Source: Myxococcota bacterium
Lineage (GTDB): Bacteria > Myxococcota_A > UBA9160 > UBA6930
Assembly (NCBI GenBank): GCA_965223705.1
Contig: OZ245015.1
Coordinates: forward strand, 2,304,001 to 2,368,000
Direction: 5' to 3'
Length of the DNA stretch: 64,000 nt
In this document: one piece after another, positions 35,322-44,752 of the stretch
Numbering within the stretch: position 1 is the stretch's first letter
How the letters are laid out: each line of letters opens with the position of its first letter
Position numbers and translations under genes: made by a program
The notes under the pieces: model-generated
Database searches by the model: none
What the model was told of the DNA's origin: nothing
Seen by the model: only the letters and a program-made list of their open reading frames with translations

Positions 35322-36392
35322 CTAGGGCGCGCCCGGCGTCTCTAGGAACGCGACGCGTTCTCCCGCGAAGCTTCCCAGGTAGATCCGGTCGCCGATGTCC
35401 AGCGCGACGGTCGCCCCGCCAAAAGGCGCGCCTTCTCCGGCGAAGAGTTCGGTGGTCGCCCCGCTGGCCGGATCGATCGAAACGACTCCGAAGCGGATAC
35501 CACAGTACGGCGTCGTGACGTGGTTGCACCCCAGTACGTCTTCAAGCTCGGTCCGATGCGAGGCCACGAGAAGCGCACCTTCGGGCGTCCAGCTCGAGTT
35601 GTCCGGTCCCTCCACCGAAGCCGTCCAGAGTTTTTTTCCGGTGCTCCGCTCGATGGCGACGACTTCGTCGCCCAAGTAGTAGTTCACGTAGAGAACGGAG
35701 CCGTCGGGCGAAACCGACACGCCGTTCGCCAACGCTCCCTCGGTGCCCGGGATCTTTCGCCAACCTCCGTCGGGAGTCCATTCGAGGACATGGCCCTGGA
35801 TTTCGGGCCGACTGTCGATTTCGAGAAGGGCTTCGACGTTGGTTCCCCGGGGTGTCATGTGGCTCGCGACGAAGCCTCCACTGGGAAGCGCTGCGACGTC
35901 GTTGAGCCAGACGTGGTCCGGTGCGACCACGCAGCCTCGCCAACGCAGCGAGGGTTCGTGCTGCTTGGCGTCCCAGATCTGAAAGATCTCGATGGACTCG
36001 CGTTCCCCATGGTTGACCACCAAGAGCTGTGCCTTCGCCCCAGGGCCCGCACCCACGTGAATCCCATGCGGAGCGATGCGCTCGCCCAGGGCCGGACCGC
36101 AGCCTTCTGCGCCCCAAGGCGTCGTGACCTTGTCGATGTCGGCGGCGGGGTTCGGATACAAGATCTCGGTGTTGTTGTTCCGGCGGAGCAACTTGATCGT
36201 CCCCGAGCGTTCGCCGGTTACGCCGCCGTACTCGCTCACGATCATGATGTCACCACCGGGAAGGAGATCGATGTCCTCCGGCGCTTGGAAACCATCGATT
36301 ACCGAGAGTTCCAGCGAGCTGGTGTCGGAACCCGAAGTTCCGCAAGCGAGAGTGAGCAAAGCCAGTAGGATCGCCGTTGCGACGTGTGTCAT
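35322..36392 (-). CDS. Six-bladed lactonase/arylesterase (paraoxonase/SMP-30-like) lipoprotein
   Basis: Lipobox LTLAC, APEDI, PHGI, VVNHG-ESIE, LNDV, ANGVSVSPDG, PDN. Confidence 0.8.
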   Translation of the reverse strand: MTHVATAILLALLTLACGTSGSDTSSLELSVIDGFQAPEDIDLLPGGDIMIVSEYGGVTGERSGTIKLLRRNNNTEILYPNPAADIDKVTTPWGAEGCGPALGERIAPHGIHVGAGPGAKAQLLVVNHGERESIEIFQIWDAKQHEPSLRWRGCVVAPDHVWLNDVAALPSGGFVASHMTPRGTNVEALLEIDSRPEIQGHVLEWTPDGGWRKIPGTEGALANGVSVSPDGSVLYVNYYLGDEVVAIERSTGKKLWTASVEGPDNSSWTPEGALLVASHRTELEDVLGCNHVTTPYCGIRFGVVSIDPASGATTELFAGEGAPFGGATVALDIGDRIYLGSFAGERVAFLETPGAP

Positions 36393-36463
36393 GGGGGCCT
36401 CCGCGAGCTATTCAACGCGGGCGCGAGGCGTCCCGTCAAGCGTCTTCGCGCCGTCGCGGCATG

Positions 36464-37723
36464 TCAGGAAATCGAGAAGGAGGCTCGGTTGTTGAGCGTG
36501 TCGCGGTCAAAGCCGGCGGCGCGCTTGTAACGCGCCGCGATCTCCTCGAGCTCGGAGCGACTGATCACGTCCTCAATGCGCTCGAAGCCGTCGGGTGCAC
36601 GCTGCGCCACGATCTCCATACATTGCTCGGGACCGACTTGGCGGTTCAGCTCGACGATCTTTGCGGTGGCGGGCCGTCGCTCGTGCTCGTACGCCGCCAG
36701 CGCTGCGCCCGGGCTTGCGTCTTTCGCCAGATGCATCGCCAGGACGCGCGCGTCGAGGATCGCCTGGGACGCCCCGTTCGAGCCGACCGGATACATCGGA
36801 TGGGCTGCATCACCGACCAGCGTCACCCGGCCCTTCCCCCAGGACGGCAGCGGATCGCGATCGACCATGGGGTACTGGAAGATCTGCTCCGCAGCTTCCG
36901 CGACTTCGGGGAAGTCGAGCCAGGGAAAGCGATACGCCCCGAAGTTTTCCAGCACGTCCGCGAGGTCCCCGGAATGCTCCCACTCCTGGGGCGGCATCTC
37001 GCGCTCGTTTTGCATGCGAACCTCGGCGACCCAGTTGATCAGCGCTTCGCCGCGCTCCCGGTGAGCGCGAGAGATCGGATAGACGACGATTCGGCGCGCG
37101 AAAGTTCCCGCCATCACCATTGATTTACCGTCGAGGAACGGTGCGCCCTCGCTGACGCCCCGCCACATGGTGACGCCGTTCCACTTCGGCGGCCCCTCGC
37201 CCGGATGGAGGAGCGCACGGACGCGCGAATGGATGCCGTCGGCTCCCACGAGCAGATCGCCGCTCGCGATGTGCTCACGGCCATCATGCCGGTTTTCGAA
37301 GACGGCTCGGATTCGATCGCCCGCTTGCTGAAACGCTTCGAAACGGTGGCCCGTAACGATCCGGTCCGCTCCCAGACGCTCAGCCGCCGCCTCGAACAGG
37401 ATTCGAAGGAGCGCTCCTCGGTGGATGGAGAACTGTGGCCACCGGTAACCCGCGTCCGTCCCGCGCGCTTCTCGCCAGATTTCCTGGCCGTGCTTCGTGA
37501 AGTAGATGAGGTGAGCGGTCGGGATGGCTTCGGCGGCCAGCGCGTCTCGCAACCCGAGCTCGGTCAATTCGCGAACGGCATGGGGTAGCAGGTTGATCCC
37601 AACACCGAGTTCGCGCATGGCCGTCGCGGACTCGTAGACCGTCACGTCGTGAAGCCCTGCTGCATGAAGACTCAGCGCCGTTGCGAGTCCGCCAATCCCT
37701 CCCCCGGCGATGACGATGCGCAT
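36464..37723 (-). CDS. FAD-dependent monooxygenase (group A aromatic hydroxylase-like)
   Basis: GGGIGG, ELGVGIN, GADGIHS, GRVTLVGDAAHPMYPVGSNGASQAILD. Confidence 0.92.
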   Translation of the reverse strand: MRIVIAGGGIGGLATALSLHAAGLHDVTVYESATAMRELGVGINLLPHAVRELTELGLRDALAAEAIPTAHLIYFTKHGQEIWREARGTDAGYRWPQFSIHRGALLRILFEAAAERLGADRIVTGHRFEAFQQAGDRIRAVFENRHDGREHIASGDLLVGADGIHSRVRALLHPGEGPPKWNGVTMWRGVSEGAPFLDGKSMVMAGTFARRIVVYPISRAHRERGEALINWVAEVRMQNEREMPPQEWEHSGDLADVLENFGAYRFPWLDFPEVAEAAEQIFQYPMVDRDPLPSWGKGRVTLVGDAAHPMYPVGSNGASQAILDARVLAMHLAKDASPGAALAAYEHERRPATAKIVELNRQVGPEQCMEIVAQRAPDGFERIEDVISRSELEEIAARYKRAAGFDRDTLNNRASFSIS

Positions 37724-37726
37724 GAG

Positions 37727-38548
37727 TCAGATCACGTCGCGGCGCCGCAGAAAGCTCAGGCATGCATCGGCAAGGCGCTCGGGGCCTTCCATCATGATGA
37801 GATGCCCGATTCCTTTCGCGATTTCCCCTTCCGCGAGGCCGTTCGGAATTGCGGCGATCGTATCGAGCACGTCTTGATCGGGGATGTGATAGTCCGCTTC
37901 GCCCTTGTACAGAAACATCGGGCACTGAATTCGGTCGAGCAGGTCGCGAACGTCGTGATCGTTCCAGGCATCCATGTCGGCGACGCAGGTCTCCTGATAG
38001 GTCGCGCGATGCTGCCACTTCGACTCGATGACTTTGCGCTCTTCACACGGAAAGTACATGGCCGACGTGGACGCGTTGTCGACAAGGGCTGGGAACCCAG
38101 GGAACGAGTGAGGATCCGCGTAGCCGGATAGGAATGAGATCGAGCCCGTCGAGGCCGCGGACTCGAAGGCCATTCCCGCGCGTATCCCGTCCGGGTGGCG
38201 GCAAGCGATCTGAAGCGTCATGTCGCCGCCGATCCCGCTTCCACAGATCACAGGCTTCTCGTCCGGACGAACGGCTTGGACAAAGTCCCAGACCCACTCC
38301 GCGTAGTCGGCCATCTTGCGAAAAGGCTTCCAGTTCACGGGGTAGGACTTTGCGTGCCCGGGAAGGTCGGGGGCGATTGTATGGAAGCCTGCCTCGGCCA
38401 TAATCGGCATGAAGTACTGCCATTGCAGGGAACAGGCCCACCCCATGTGGATACAGACCAAAGGAATTCCTTCGCCGCATTCGTCGTAGTAGGCGCGCGT
38501 ATCCTGAACGGTCGTGTAGCGTCCCGTGATCTCGACGGACATGGTCAA
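37727..38548 (-). CDS. Alpha/beta-hydrolase-fold protein with atypical nucleophile elbow
   Basis: DLPGHAKS, GSGIGG at the GxSxG position, GEAD, GHLIMME. Confidence 0.8.
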   Translation of the reverse strand: MTMSVEITGRYTTVQDTRAYYDECGEGIPLVCIHMGWACSLQWQYFMPIMAEAGFHTIAPDLPGHAKSYPVNWKPFRKMADYAEWVWDFVQAVRPDEKPVICGSGIGGDMTLQIACRHPDGIRAGMAFESAASTGSISFLSGYADPHSFPGFPALVDNASTSAMYFPCEERKVIESKWQHRATYQETCVADMDAWNDHDVRDLLDRIQCPMFLYKGEADYHIPDQDVLDTIAAIPNGLAEGEIAKGIGHLIMMEGPERLADACLSFLRRRDVI

Positions 38549-38934
38549 TTCCCTCCGTTCTTCGCCAGCAATTCGCGAATGGTAGAGAGCATCAAGTGAG
38601 TCGATTCATACATGCGGTTCGCTTGGATGAGATTCCCGTCGACGGTGATCGCGCCGGAGTCGAGTAGATGCCCTTGGGCGCGGGTTCCCCCCCCGAGAGC
38701 CCGCCAGATCTCAAGTGGCGCGGCGATCGTGTAATCCCAGCCGAGCGGATTGGCCATCGGGTAATAGGCCATATGATCGATGACCCGGCCGCCGTAGAGC
38801 TTGAGCCAGTAGCGCTCCTCACCGAATGCCAACACGACTTTGACGTCGGACCAGCGGCTGGCTTTCTCGAAGGCGTTGCTCTCATTCAGCGAACGCGTCA
38901 GGGCATCCACGAACTCAAGACTCGGGAATTTCAT
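38545..38934 (-). CDS. SCP2-like lipid-binding domain protein
   Basis: MKFPSLEF..LN, DYTIAAPLEIW, SGAITVDGNL resemble the SCP2 fold; coupled to the hydrolase gene. Confidence 0.6.
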   Translation of the reverse strand: MKFPSLEFVDALTRSLNESNAFEKASRWSDVKVVLAFGEERYWLKLYGGRVIDHMAYYPMANPLGWDYTIAAPLEIWRALGGGTRAQGHLLDSGAITVDGNLIQANRMYESTHLMLSTIRELLAKNGGN

Positions 38935-39068
38935 CAGTCGGCTCTCCGCTGCGATCGGGCGACCACCCTATCACAGGCGGATCACCCGCTGCGGCAAGCG
39001 GGCGGCAACTCGCGCCACCAAGAAGTCGTCGGGCGGCACTCACCAGCGATGCCGCGGAGGACGAGTCA

Positions 39069-39290
39069 GTGGTCGCAGGTCTGTTGATGTTCAGCGGACT
39101 CGCTTGCGTGGCGTATGGCCTCGCGATCTCGAGCCTCCGCGCCGTGGCGCCCGAGCGATTGGCGCGGCTCGCGCCGCTGCGCGCGCGCTTCGGCCGAAGT
39201 CGTGGCACGCTGATACACGGCCTGATGTTTACTTCGACTCCGATCGCACTCGGGATGTGGTTGACGTTCGAAGGGGCGATGCGCCTCTAG
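39069..39290 (+). CDS. Small two-TM hypothetical membrane protein
   Basis: Two hydrophobic segments, GGAGG upstream, fills an otherwise empty gap. Confidence 0.45.
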   Translation: MVAGLLMFSGLACVAYGLAISSLRAVAPERLARLAPLRARFGRSRGTLIHGLMFTSTPIALGMWLTFEGAMRL

Positions 39291-40945
39291 GTGGTGCGCT
39301 CGGCCGCGGCCTTGGCTTCCTCCGCGACGAAGCCGGGATACCCGCGCTCGGCCTCGCTCGTCAGTTGCTTGAAGTATTCGGGGCCTCCGACGTGCACCGC
39401 GAACTGACGGTGTTTGCCTTCGATGTTCGCGCCCGTGTACCACGAATCCGTCTGCGGAAAGAGCGTCTCGTTGGCGAAGGTGGCGACGTTCTCTCTCCAC
39501 GCCTCTTCGACGCCCGGCGCCGGCTCCATCGCGCCGAGACCGTTTTCGCGCATGTGCTGGATGCAGTCGCGGATCCAGTTTCCTTCGAGCTCGGCTCCGA
39601 GGGGCATGTTGAACAACACGTTCGGGGACTCCGGACCGTGCACCATGAAGAGATTCGGGAAGCCCGGAATCGAGACCCCGAGGTAGGTCGAGAAGCGCTG
39701 GCTCCAGCGCTCTTGCAGCGTTACGCCGCCGCGTCCGCGCGGGTTGACGCGCAGTAGCGCACCGGTGATTGCGTCGTAGCCCGTGGCGAGGACCAGCATG
39801 TCGAGCTCGTGTTCGCCGCGCGCGGTCTTGAGCCCGGACGGCGTGATGCGCTCGATCGGATCTTCGCGGAGGTCGACCAGCGCGACATTGTCTCGGTTGT
39901 AGGTTTCGAAGTAGCCATCATCCAAAATCTGGCGTTTGGTCCCTAACATATAGTCAGGCATCAATTTTCTCGCGGTCGCAGGATCGTCTACGAGGTCGGC
40001 GATCTTCTCCTTGACGAAGCTCGAGATCGTCGCGTTCGCTTCTTTGTTCGTCAGCAGATCGTTGTAGCTGTCGAACAGCATGAAGAGTCCACCGTCTTGC
40101 CAAAGGCTTTCGTAGACCTCTCGACGTTTCTCCGGGGTATGGTCGAGCGCGGAGGTCGTTGCGAGCGGATACGGTGCGCCGATCGCCGATTCGTGCATAC
40201 GGCTGCGCAGCTCCGGCCAGTTCTCTCGGGTCTCCTTCAAGTAGGCGGGATCCACCGGGCGGTTACCCGCCGGGATGCTGTACTGCGGGGTTCGTTGGAA
40301 GACCGTCAGGTGCTCGCAGGCCCGGGCGATGATCGGGATGGCCTGGACGCCGGACGAGCCGGTACCGATCACGCCGACGCGCTTCCCTTCGAAGGAGACG
40401 CCTTCGGGAGGCCACTGACCCGTGTGATGGAGTTCTCCAGTGAAGTCGTCGATCCCGGGAATGTTCGGTTTGTTCGCAGTCGACAAGCATCCCATCGCCG
40501 AGATCAGGTAAGGCGCGGAGAACACGGTGCCGTCGTCGGTGGTGACGTTCCAGCGCTGCAGGTCTTCATCGAACGCGGCGCTTCGAATCCAGGTTTCGAG
40601 CTGGACATCACGGAGCAGATCAAACTTTTCGGCCATGTACTCGAGGTATGCGAGCACTTCCGCTTGCGAGGGCTGGCGCTCCGCCCAGTCCCACTCTCGA
40701 AAGAGTTCTTCCGAAAACGTGTAGCCGTAGAACGGCGCGCTCGGGTAGTCGACGCGCGCACCCGGATAGCGGTTCCACCACCAGGTGCCGCCGACGCCCG
40801 CAGCGCCGTCGAAAACCCGCACGGCGAGGCCCAGCTCACGCAGGCGGTGGAGGACGTACAGGCCGCCGACGCCCGCGCCAATGACGATCGCGTCGAGCTC
40901 TCGCCGCTGCTCCGGCCGATGTTCTATTTGTGCGCTCGCCGCCAT
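39287..40945 (-). CDS. Type I Baeyer-Villiger monooxygenase
   Basis: GAGVGG, GGTWWWNRYPGAR, fingerprint FTGELHHTGQWP, GTGSSG, FQRTP, ATGYDA. Confidence 0.93.
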   Translation of the reverse strand: MAASAQIEHRPEQRRELDAIVIGAGVGGLYVLHRLRELGLAVRVFDGAAGVGGTWWWNRYPGARVDYPSAPFYGYTFSEELFREWDWAERQPSQAEVLAYLEYMAEKFDLLRDVQLETWIRSAAFDEDLQRWNVTTDDGTVFSAPYLISAMGCLSTANKPNIPGIDDFTGELHHTGQWPPEGVSFEGKRVGVIGTGSSGVQAIPIIARACEHLTVFQRTPQYSIPAGNRPVDPAYLKETRENWPELRSRMHESAIGAPYPLATTSALDHTPEKRREVYESLWQDGGLFMLFDSYNDLLTNKEANATISSFVKEKIADLVDDPATARKLMPDYMLGTKRQILDDGYFETYNRDNVALVDLREDPIERITPSGLKTARGEHELDMLVLATGYDAITGALLRVNPRGRGGVTLQERWSQRFSTYLGVSIPGFPNLFMVHGPESPNVLFNMPLGAELEGNWIRDCIQHMRENGLGAMEPAPGVEEAWRENVATFANETLFPQTDSWYTGANIEGKHRQFAVHVGGPEYFKQLTSEAERGYPGFVAEEAKAAAERTT

Positions 40946-41005
40946 GGAAGAAACCTCGCGTTGAAAGCTTGAGTCGTCACTGCATCATACTCCGTACGCT
41001 CGGGT

Positions 41006-42187
41006 TCAACCGATGACGGATTCCTCCCGAAGCGTCGCGATCGCTGCGGGATCGAGGCCCAGCTCGGCCAGCACCTCGTCGGTGTGCTCGCCGTGTCCCG
41101 GCGCATGGGAACGGATACGGGTCGGCGTCGCGCTGAAGCGCGCCGGAGGACGCGCCGTGACCGTGCGTCCGGCGGTCGGGTGCTCGGCTTCGACCAGGAT
41201 TTCGAGATGCCTCACCTGGGGGTCGGACATCGCCTCGGCTCGGTCGAGGACGGGTGCGCAGGGAACATCGACACTGCGCAGAGCCGTCAGCGCTTCTTCC
41301 GTGGTCAGGGTCCCGAGGGCGTCGCCGAAGGACGCCCGCATTTCGAGGGAGTGCCTCAGACGGCCGTTTCGCGTGGAGAACCGCGGATCCTCCGCGACAT
41401 CCGGGCGGCCCACCGCCCGGGCCGCAGCCTGAAACTGGCCGTAGCTCACCCAAACCGCGGACAGTTGGCCGTCCTTCGTGTTGTAGGGCGCGTACCAAAC
41501 GCTGTAGGTCGGAACCGGCTCTTCGTCGGGAAGAGATTCGTTCCAGTACACGTCGGGCCACATCCACGCGAGCAAAGCCTCGAGCATGCTGAGTTCGACG
41601 TGCTGGCCCCCCGCTCCGTTGAGTCGACCGATCAGCGCGCCCAAGGCGGCGTTCGCCGCCGTCATCGCCGTGGTCTTGTCCGCGATGACGCTCCGGACGA
41701 AGTCCCCGTTCTGCGTCGCCGCCATTCCGGCGATGCCCTGGACGATCGGGTCGTACACCGGTTGGCCCGCGTAGGGGCCGGTCGACCCGAACCCCGAGAT
41801 CGAGACGTAGATCAAGTCGGGGTTTACGGCGGACAAGGCGTCGTAGCTGATACCCAGGCGCTCGGCGACGCCGGGTCGAAAATTCTGGAGGAAGATGTCG
41901 GACTCGGCGGCGAGCTGCTTCACGAGATCGATCGCGCGCGGCTCCCGCAAGTTCAACGCGATCCCCCGCTTGTTGCGCTGCATCGCTACCCAGACGCCCG
42001 ACTGATCCCCCTTGACGGCGCCTGTCAGACGCATCGTGTCCGCGCCGTTGTGGCGCTCGATGAAAATTACTTCGGCGCCCATATCGGCCATGATGGAACT
42101 CGCCCAGGGGCCGGCCAGGACCGCCGAGGCATCGAGAACCTTGATGCCCGTCATGGGGCCGTTCTGAAATTTCGAGGCGTTGGTCAC
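41006..42187 (-). CDS. CaiB/BaiF family III CoA-transferase
   Basis: LAGPWAS..MADMGAEVI, RNKRGIALNL, QNFRPG, SISGFGSTGP, catalytic Asp in IADK. Confidence 0.92.
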   Translation of the reverse strand: MTNASKFQNGPMTGIKVLDASAVLAGPWASSIMADMGAEVIFIERHNGADTMRLTGAVKGDQSGVWVAMQRNKRGIALNLREPRAIDLVKQLAAESDIFLQNFRPGVAERLGISYDALSAVNPDLIYVSISGFGSTGPYAGQPVYDPIVQGIAGMAATQNGDFVRSVIADKTTAMTAANAALGALIGRLNGAGGQHVELSMLEALLAWMWPDVYWNESLPDEEPVPTYSVWYAPYNTKDGQLSAVWVSYGQFQAAARAVGRPDVAEDPRFSTRNGRLRHSLEMRASFGDALGTLTTEEALTALRSVDVPCAPVLDRAEAMSDPQVRHLEILVEAEHPTAGRTVTARPPARFSATPTRIRSHAPGHGEHTDEVLAELGLDPAAIATLREESVIG

Positions 42188-42276
42188 GGGCTCTCCTGCG
42201 CGTTTCGCGCTCCATCATACGGCAGCTCGGATTCGCTATCTTTTCGCTCGAGAGCAACCCCCCCGAGGAGTACCCG

Positions 42277-42900
42277 ATGGCGACGACCTGGTCCGTGCAA
42301 GGCGAGTACATGGAAGCGTGCAGCTGCGATTTCTTGTGCCCCTGCCTGCCGACCAACTCCACGGGTCCGGCGACGCATGAGTTCTGCAAAGTCGCCCTCG
42401 CCTTTCAGATCGATCGCGGTTTCTTCGGTTCTGTGACACTCGATGGTGTCCGGTTCGTCCTGTTCGCCCAGTCGAAAGAGGTGATGGGAACCGGCGACTG
42501 GATCGGCGGCCTGGTGATCGACACCGCGGCGACAGACGCCCAAGCGGAAGCGATCGTCGCGATCAATTCAGCGGAGGGTGGCGGTCCGTTGGGGCACGTG
42601 GCGGCTCTCATCTCGGATTTCCGCGGCGTCGAGCGCCACCCGATCGTGTTTTCGCGCGAGGGCCGAACAGCGAGCGTTACGATCGCAGGGCTGCTCGATC
42701 AGTCCGTCGAAGGCGTCGAGAGCATGAGCGCTCCCGGGGAGAACATCGTCATCGAGAACACCGCACACCCGGTCAACTCGCGACTCAACCTCGCGAAGGC
42801 CGTGCGCAACGTGATCAACGCGTTTGGCATCCACTGGGACCGCGCCGAGAACACCAACGGACATTTCGCTCCGTTCGAGTGGGGCGGCGAAGCGGCGTGA
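42277..42900 (+). CDS. DUF1326-family protein
   Basis: WSVQGEYMEACSCDFLCPC, ATDAQAEAI, GHFAPFEW; paired with DUF2182. Confidence 0.85.
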   Translation: MATTWSVQGEYMEACSCDFLCPCLPTNSTGPATHEFCKVALAFQIDRGFFGSVTLDGVRFVLFAQSKEVMGTGDWIGGLVIDTAATDAQAEAIVAINSAEGGGPLGHVAALISDFRGVERHPIVFSREGRTASVTIAGLLDQSVEGVESMSAPGENIVIENTAHPVNSRLNLAKAVRNVINAFGIHWDRAENTNGHFAPFEWGGEAA

Positions 42901-43694
42901 CTCCACCGGCTGGCTCGAGCCCTGGCAAGGCCCGAGGGCCGAGCTTTCAGTCCATCCGACAAATCTCCGGAGCTCTCGGACTCGCGCTTCTGGCGGTGGT
43001 CTGTTGGGCGGCGTTGGCGAGCGGTCACGCGGCCATGGCTCCCGACGCCACCGGGCCCGTCGCCTGGGTGATGCACCGGATGATGCGACCGGACGCGGCT
43101 CTTCCCTACATCGTTGCGGCGAGCGTGATGTGGATCGTGATGATGGTCGCGATGATGGCGCCCGCAGCGCTGCTCATGGTCGCGATATTTCGACGCATGC
43201 GTCGCAGCGATCGACCCGATCGAGACAGCTCGCTGTTTGCCTCCGGCTACTTGATCGGATGGTCCGCTTTCGGAGTGGTCGCAGCGGTACTTCAATGGTG
43301 GCTTCACCACAACGGCTGGATCAGCGGGATGGCCCTCGCCTCGAGCGGGACGATGACCGCCGCCCTCCTCATCGCAGCCGGTGCCTACCAGCTCACGCCG
43401 CTCAAGGAGGCGTGCCTCGCGCGCTGCCAAACGCCTATGGCCTTCTTCCTCGAGAACTGGCGGGAAGGCGCCCTTGGCGCTCTCCAGATGGGTCTGCGAC
43501 ACAGCGCGTTCTGCGTCGGCTGCTGTTGGGTGCTCATGCTTCTGATGTTCGCCGGCGGCGCGATGAGTCTCCTCACCATGGCTGCCCTGTGCGGTTTCGT
43601 GCTGGTGGAACGGCTGGCGCCCGCCGGGCCTTGGCTTCCGCGGGTGCCGGGCATCGCGCTCCTCGTGTGGGGCGTGGCGCTTCTCTTCGTCTAG
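42897..43694 (+). CDS. DUF2182-family putative metal-binding membrane protein
   Basis: MWIVMMVAMMAP, FASGYLIGW, YQLTPLKEACLARC, FCVGCCWVLM; GTG 42897 overlaps the upstream stop. Confidence 0.88.
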   Translation: MTPPAGSSPGKARGPSFQSIRQISGALGLALLAVVCWAALASGHAAMAPDATGPVAWVMHRMMRPDAALPYIVAASVMWIVMMVAMMAPAALLMVAIFRRMRRSDRPDRDSSLFASGYLIGWSAFGVVAAVLQWWLHHNGWISGMALASSGTMTAALLIAAGAYQLTPLKEACLARCQTPMAFFLENWREGALGALQMGLRHSAFCVGCCWVLMLLMFAGGAMSLLTMAALCGFVLVERLAPAGPWLPRVPGIALLVWGVALLFV

Positions 43695-44662
43695 TCCCGC
43701 GAAAACCGCGCGCGATAGCCCGCCGGCGATACAGCGAGGTCTCGGCGGAAGGTCCTGCGCATGGTCTCTGCGGTTCCGAACCCACACGCCGCGGCGATGC
43801 CTTCCAACCCCTCATCGCTCTCTTCGAGAAGTTGTCGCGCGCGTTCCAGTCGAATGCGCTGGACGTAGCGCGCCGGGGAATCTCCCGTCTGGTCTGTGAA
43901 GACCCGGACGAAGTGACGGGGGCTCATCCCGGCGCGGTGCGCCATCGCGTCGACACGATGATCGAGATCGGGGCGGCGCATCAGGGCGTCGAGCGCCGCG
44001 CGAATGCCTCGGTGTTGGGGCGCCGCGGTCCGCAACGCCTCGCTGAATTGCGACTGTCCCCCCGGTCGGCGAAGAAACATCACCAACGCGCGCGCGACGG
44101 CCAGGGAGAGTTCGCGGTCGTGGTCTTCTTCGACCAGCGCGAGCGCCAGATCGATGCCCGCGCTCACGCCGGCGGAGGTGTAGAGATCGTTGTCTTTGAC
44201 GTAGAGGGCGTCCTTCTCCACCCGACATCGCGGGGCACGCGCCGCGAGCGCGCCCTGCGCCAGCCAGTGCGTGGTCGCTCGGCGATTGTCGAGCAACCCG
44301 AGGCGAGCGAGCACGAACGCGCCTGTACAAATGGAGACCACGCGCCGCGCACGCGCGGCAGCGCGTTCGCACCAAGCGAGGGCGTCGGCGTCGAAGGTCT
44401 GCTCGGCGAACGCCAGACCACCGGGCACAACGAGCGTGTCGATCGGGCCGCGGACTTTCGCGAACGCGGTGGTCTGTACGGTGACTCCCGTCGCCGTCGG
44501 CGTGGACCTCTCGGGCCCGGTCACGGAGATCCGGTAGCCGGGTGCGCGAGGGCGGTCGCCGGCGAGGATGTGTGTTGCGGCCGCAAAGACGTCGGCGGGC
44601 CCGGAGAGGTCGAGAAGCTGCGCACCGGGAAAGAGGACGAAGACGACGTGGCGGTCCGGCAT
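43691..44662 (-). CDS. GlxA/FtrA-family AraC regulator with DJ-1/PfpI sensor domain
   Basis: LLDLSGPADVF, SICTGAF, ATTHW, TSAGVSAGIDLAL, RRPGGQSQFS, C-terminal AraC double HTH; start ATG 44662. Confidence 0.92.
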   Translation of the reverse strand: MPDRHVVFVLFPGAQLLDLSGPADVFAAATHILAGDRPRAPGYRISVTGPERSTPTATGVTVQTTAFAKVRGPIDTLVVPGGLAFAEQTFDADALAWCERAAARARRVVSICTGAFVLARLGLLDNRRATTHWLAQGALAARAPRCRVEKDALYVKDNDLYTSAGVSAGIDLALALVEEDHDRELSLAVARALVMFLRRPGGQSQFSEALRTAAPQHRGIRAALDALMRRPDLDHRVDAMAHRAGMSPRHFVRVFTDQTGDSPARYVQRIRLERARQLLEESDEGLEGIAAACGFGTAETMRRTFRRDLAVSPAGYRARFSRD

Positions 44663-44672
44663 CCCGACGAGT

Positions 44673-44709
44673 ATGGCATAAATCGTTGGAGATATGTCAT
44701 TTACGCCAT
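44673..44709. promoter_or_regulatory. Putative operator of the GlxA-family regulator in a divergent promoter
   Basis: 11-bp inverted repeat ATGGCATAAAT/ATTTACGCCAT (1 mismatch) in an AT-rich gap between the regulator and the GST/DJ-1 operon. Confidence 0.55.
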
Positions 44710-44752
44710 CCCAGGATCTCACATAATGCCGTGAGATCGCGGAGGAGTGCGG

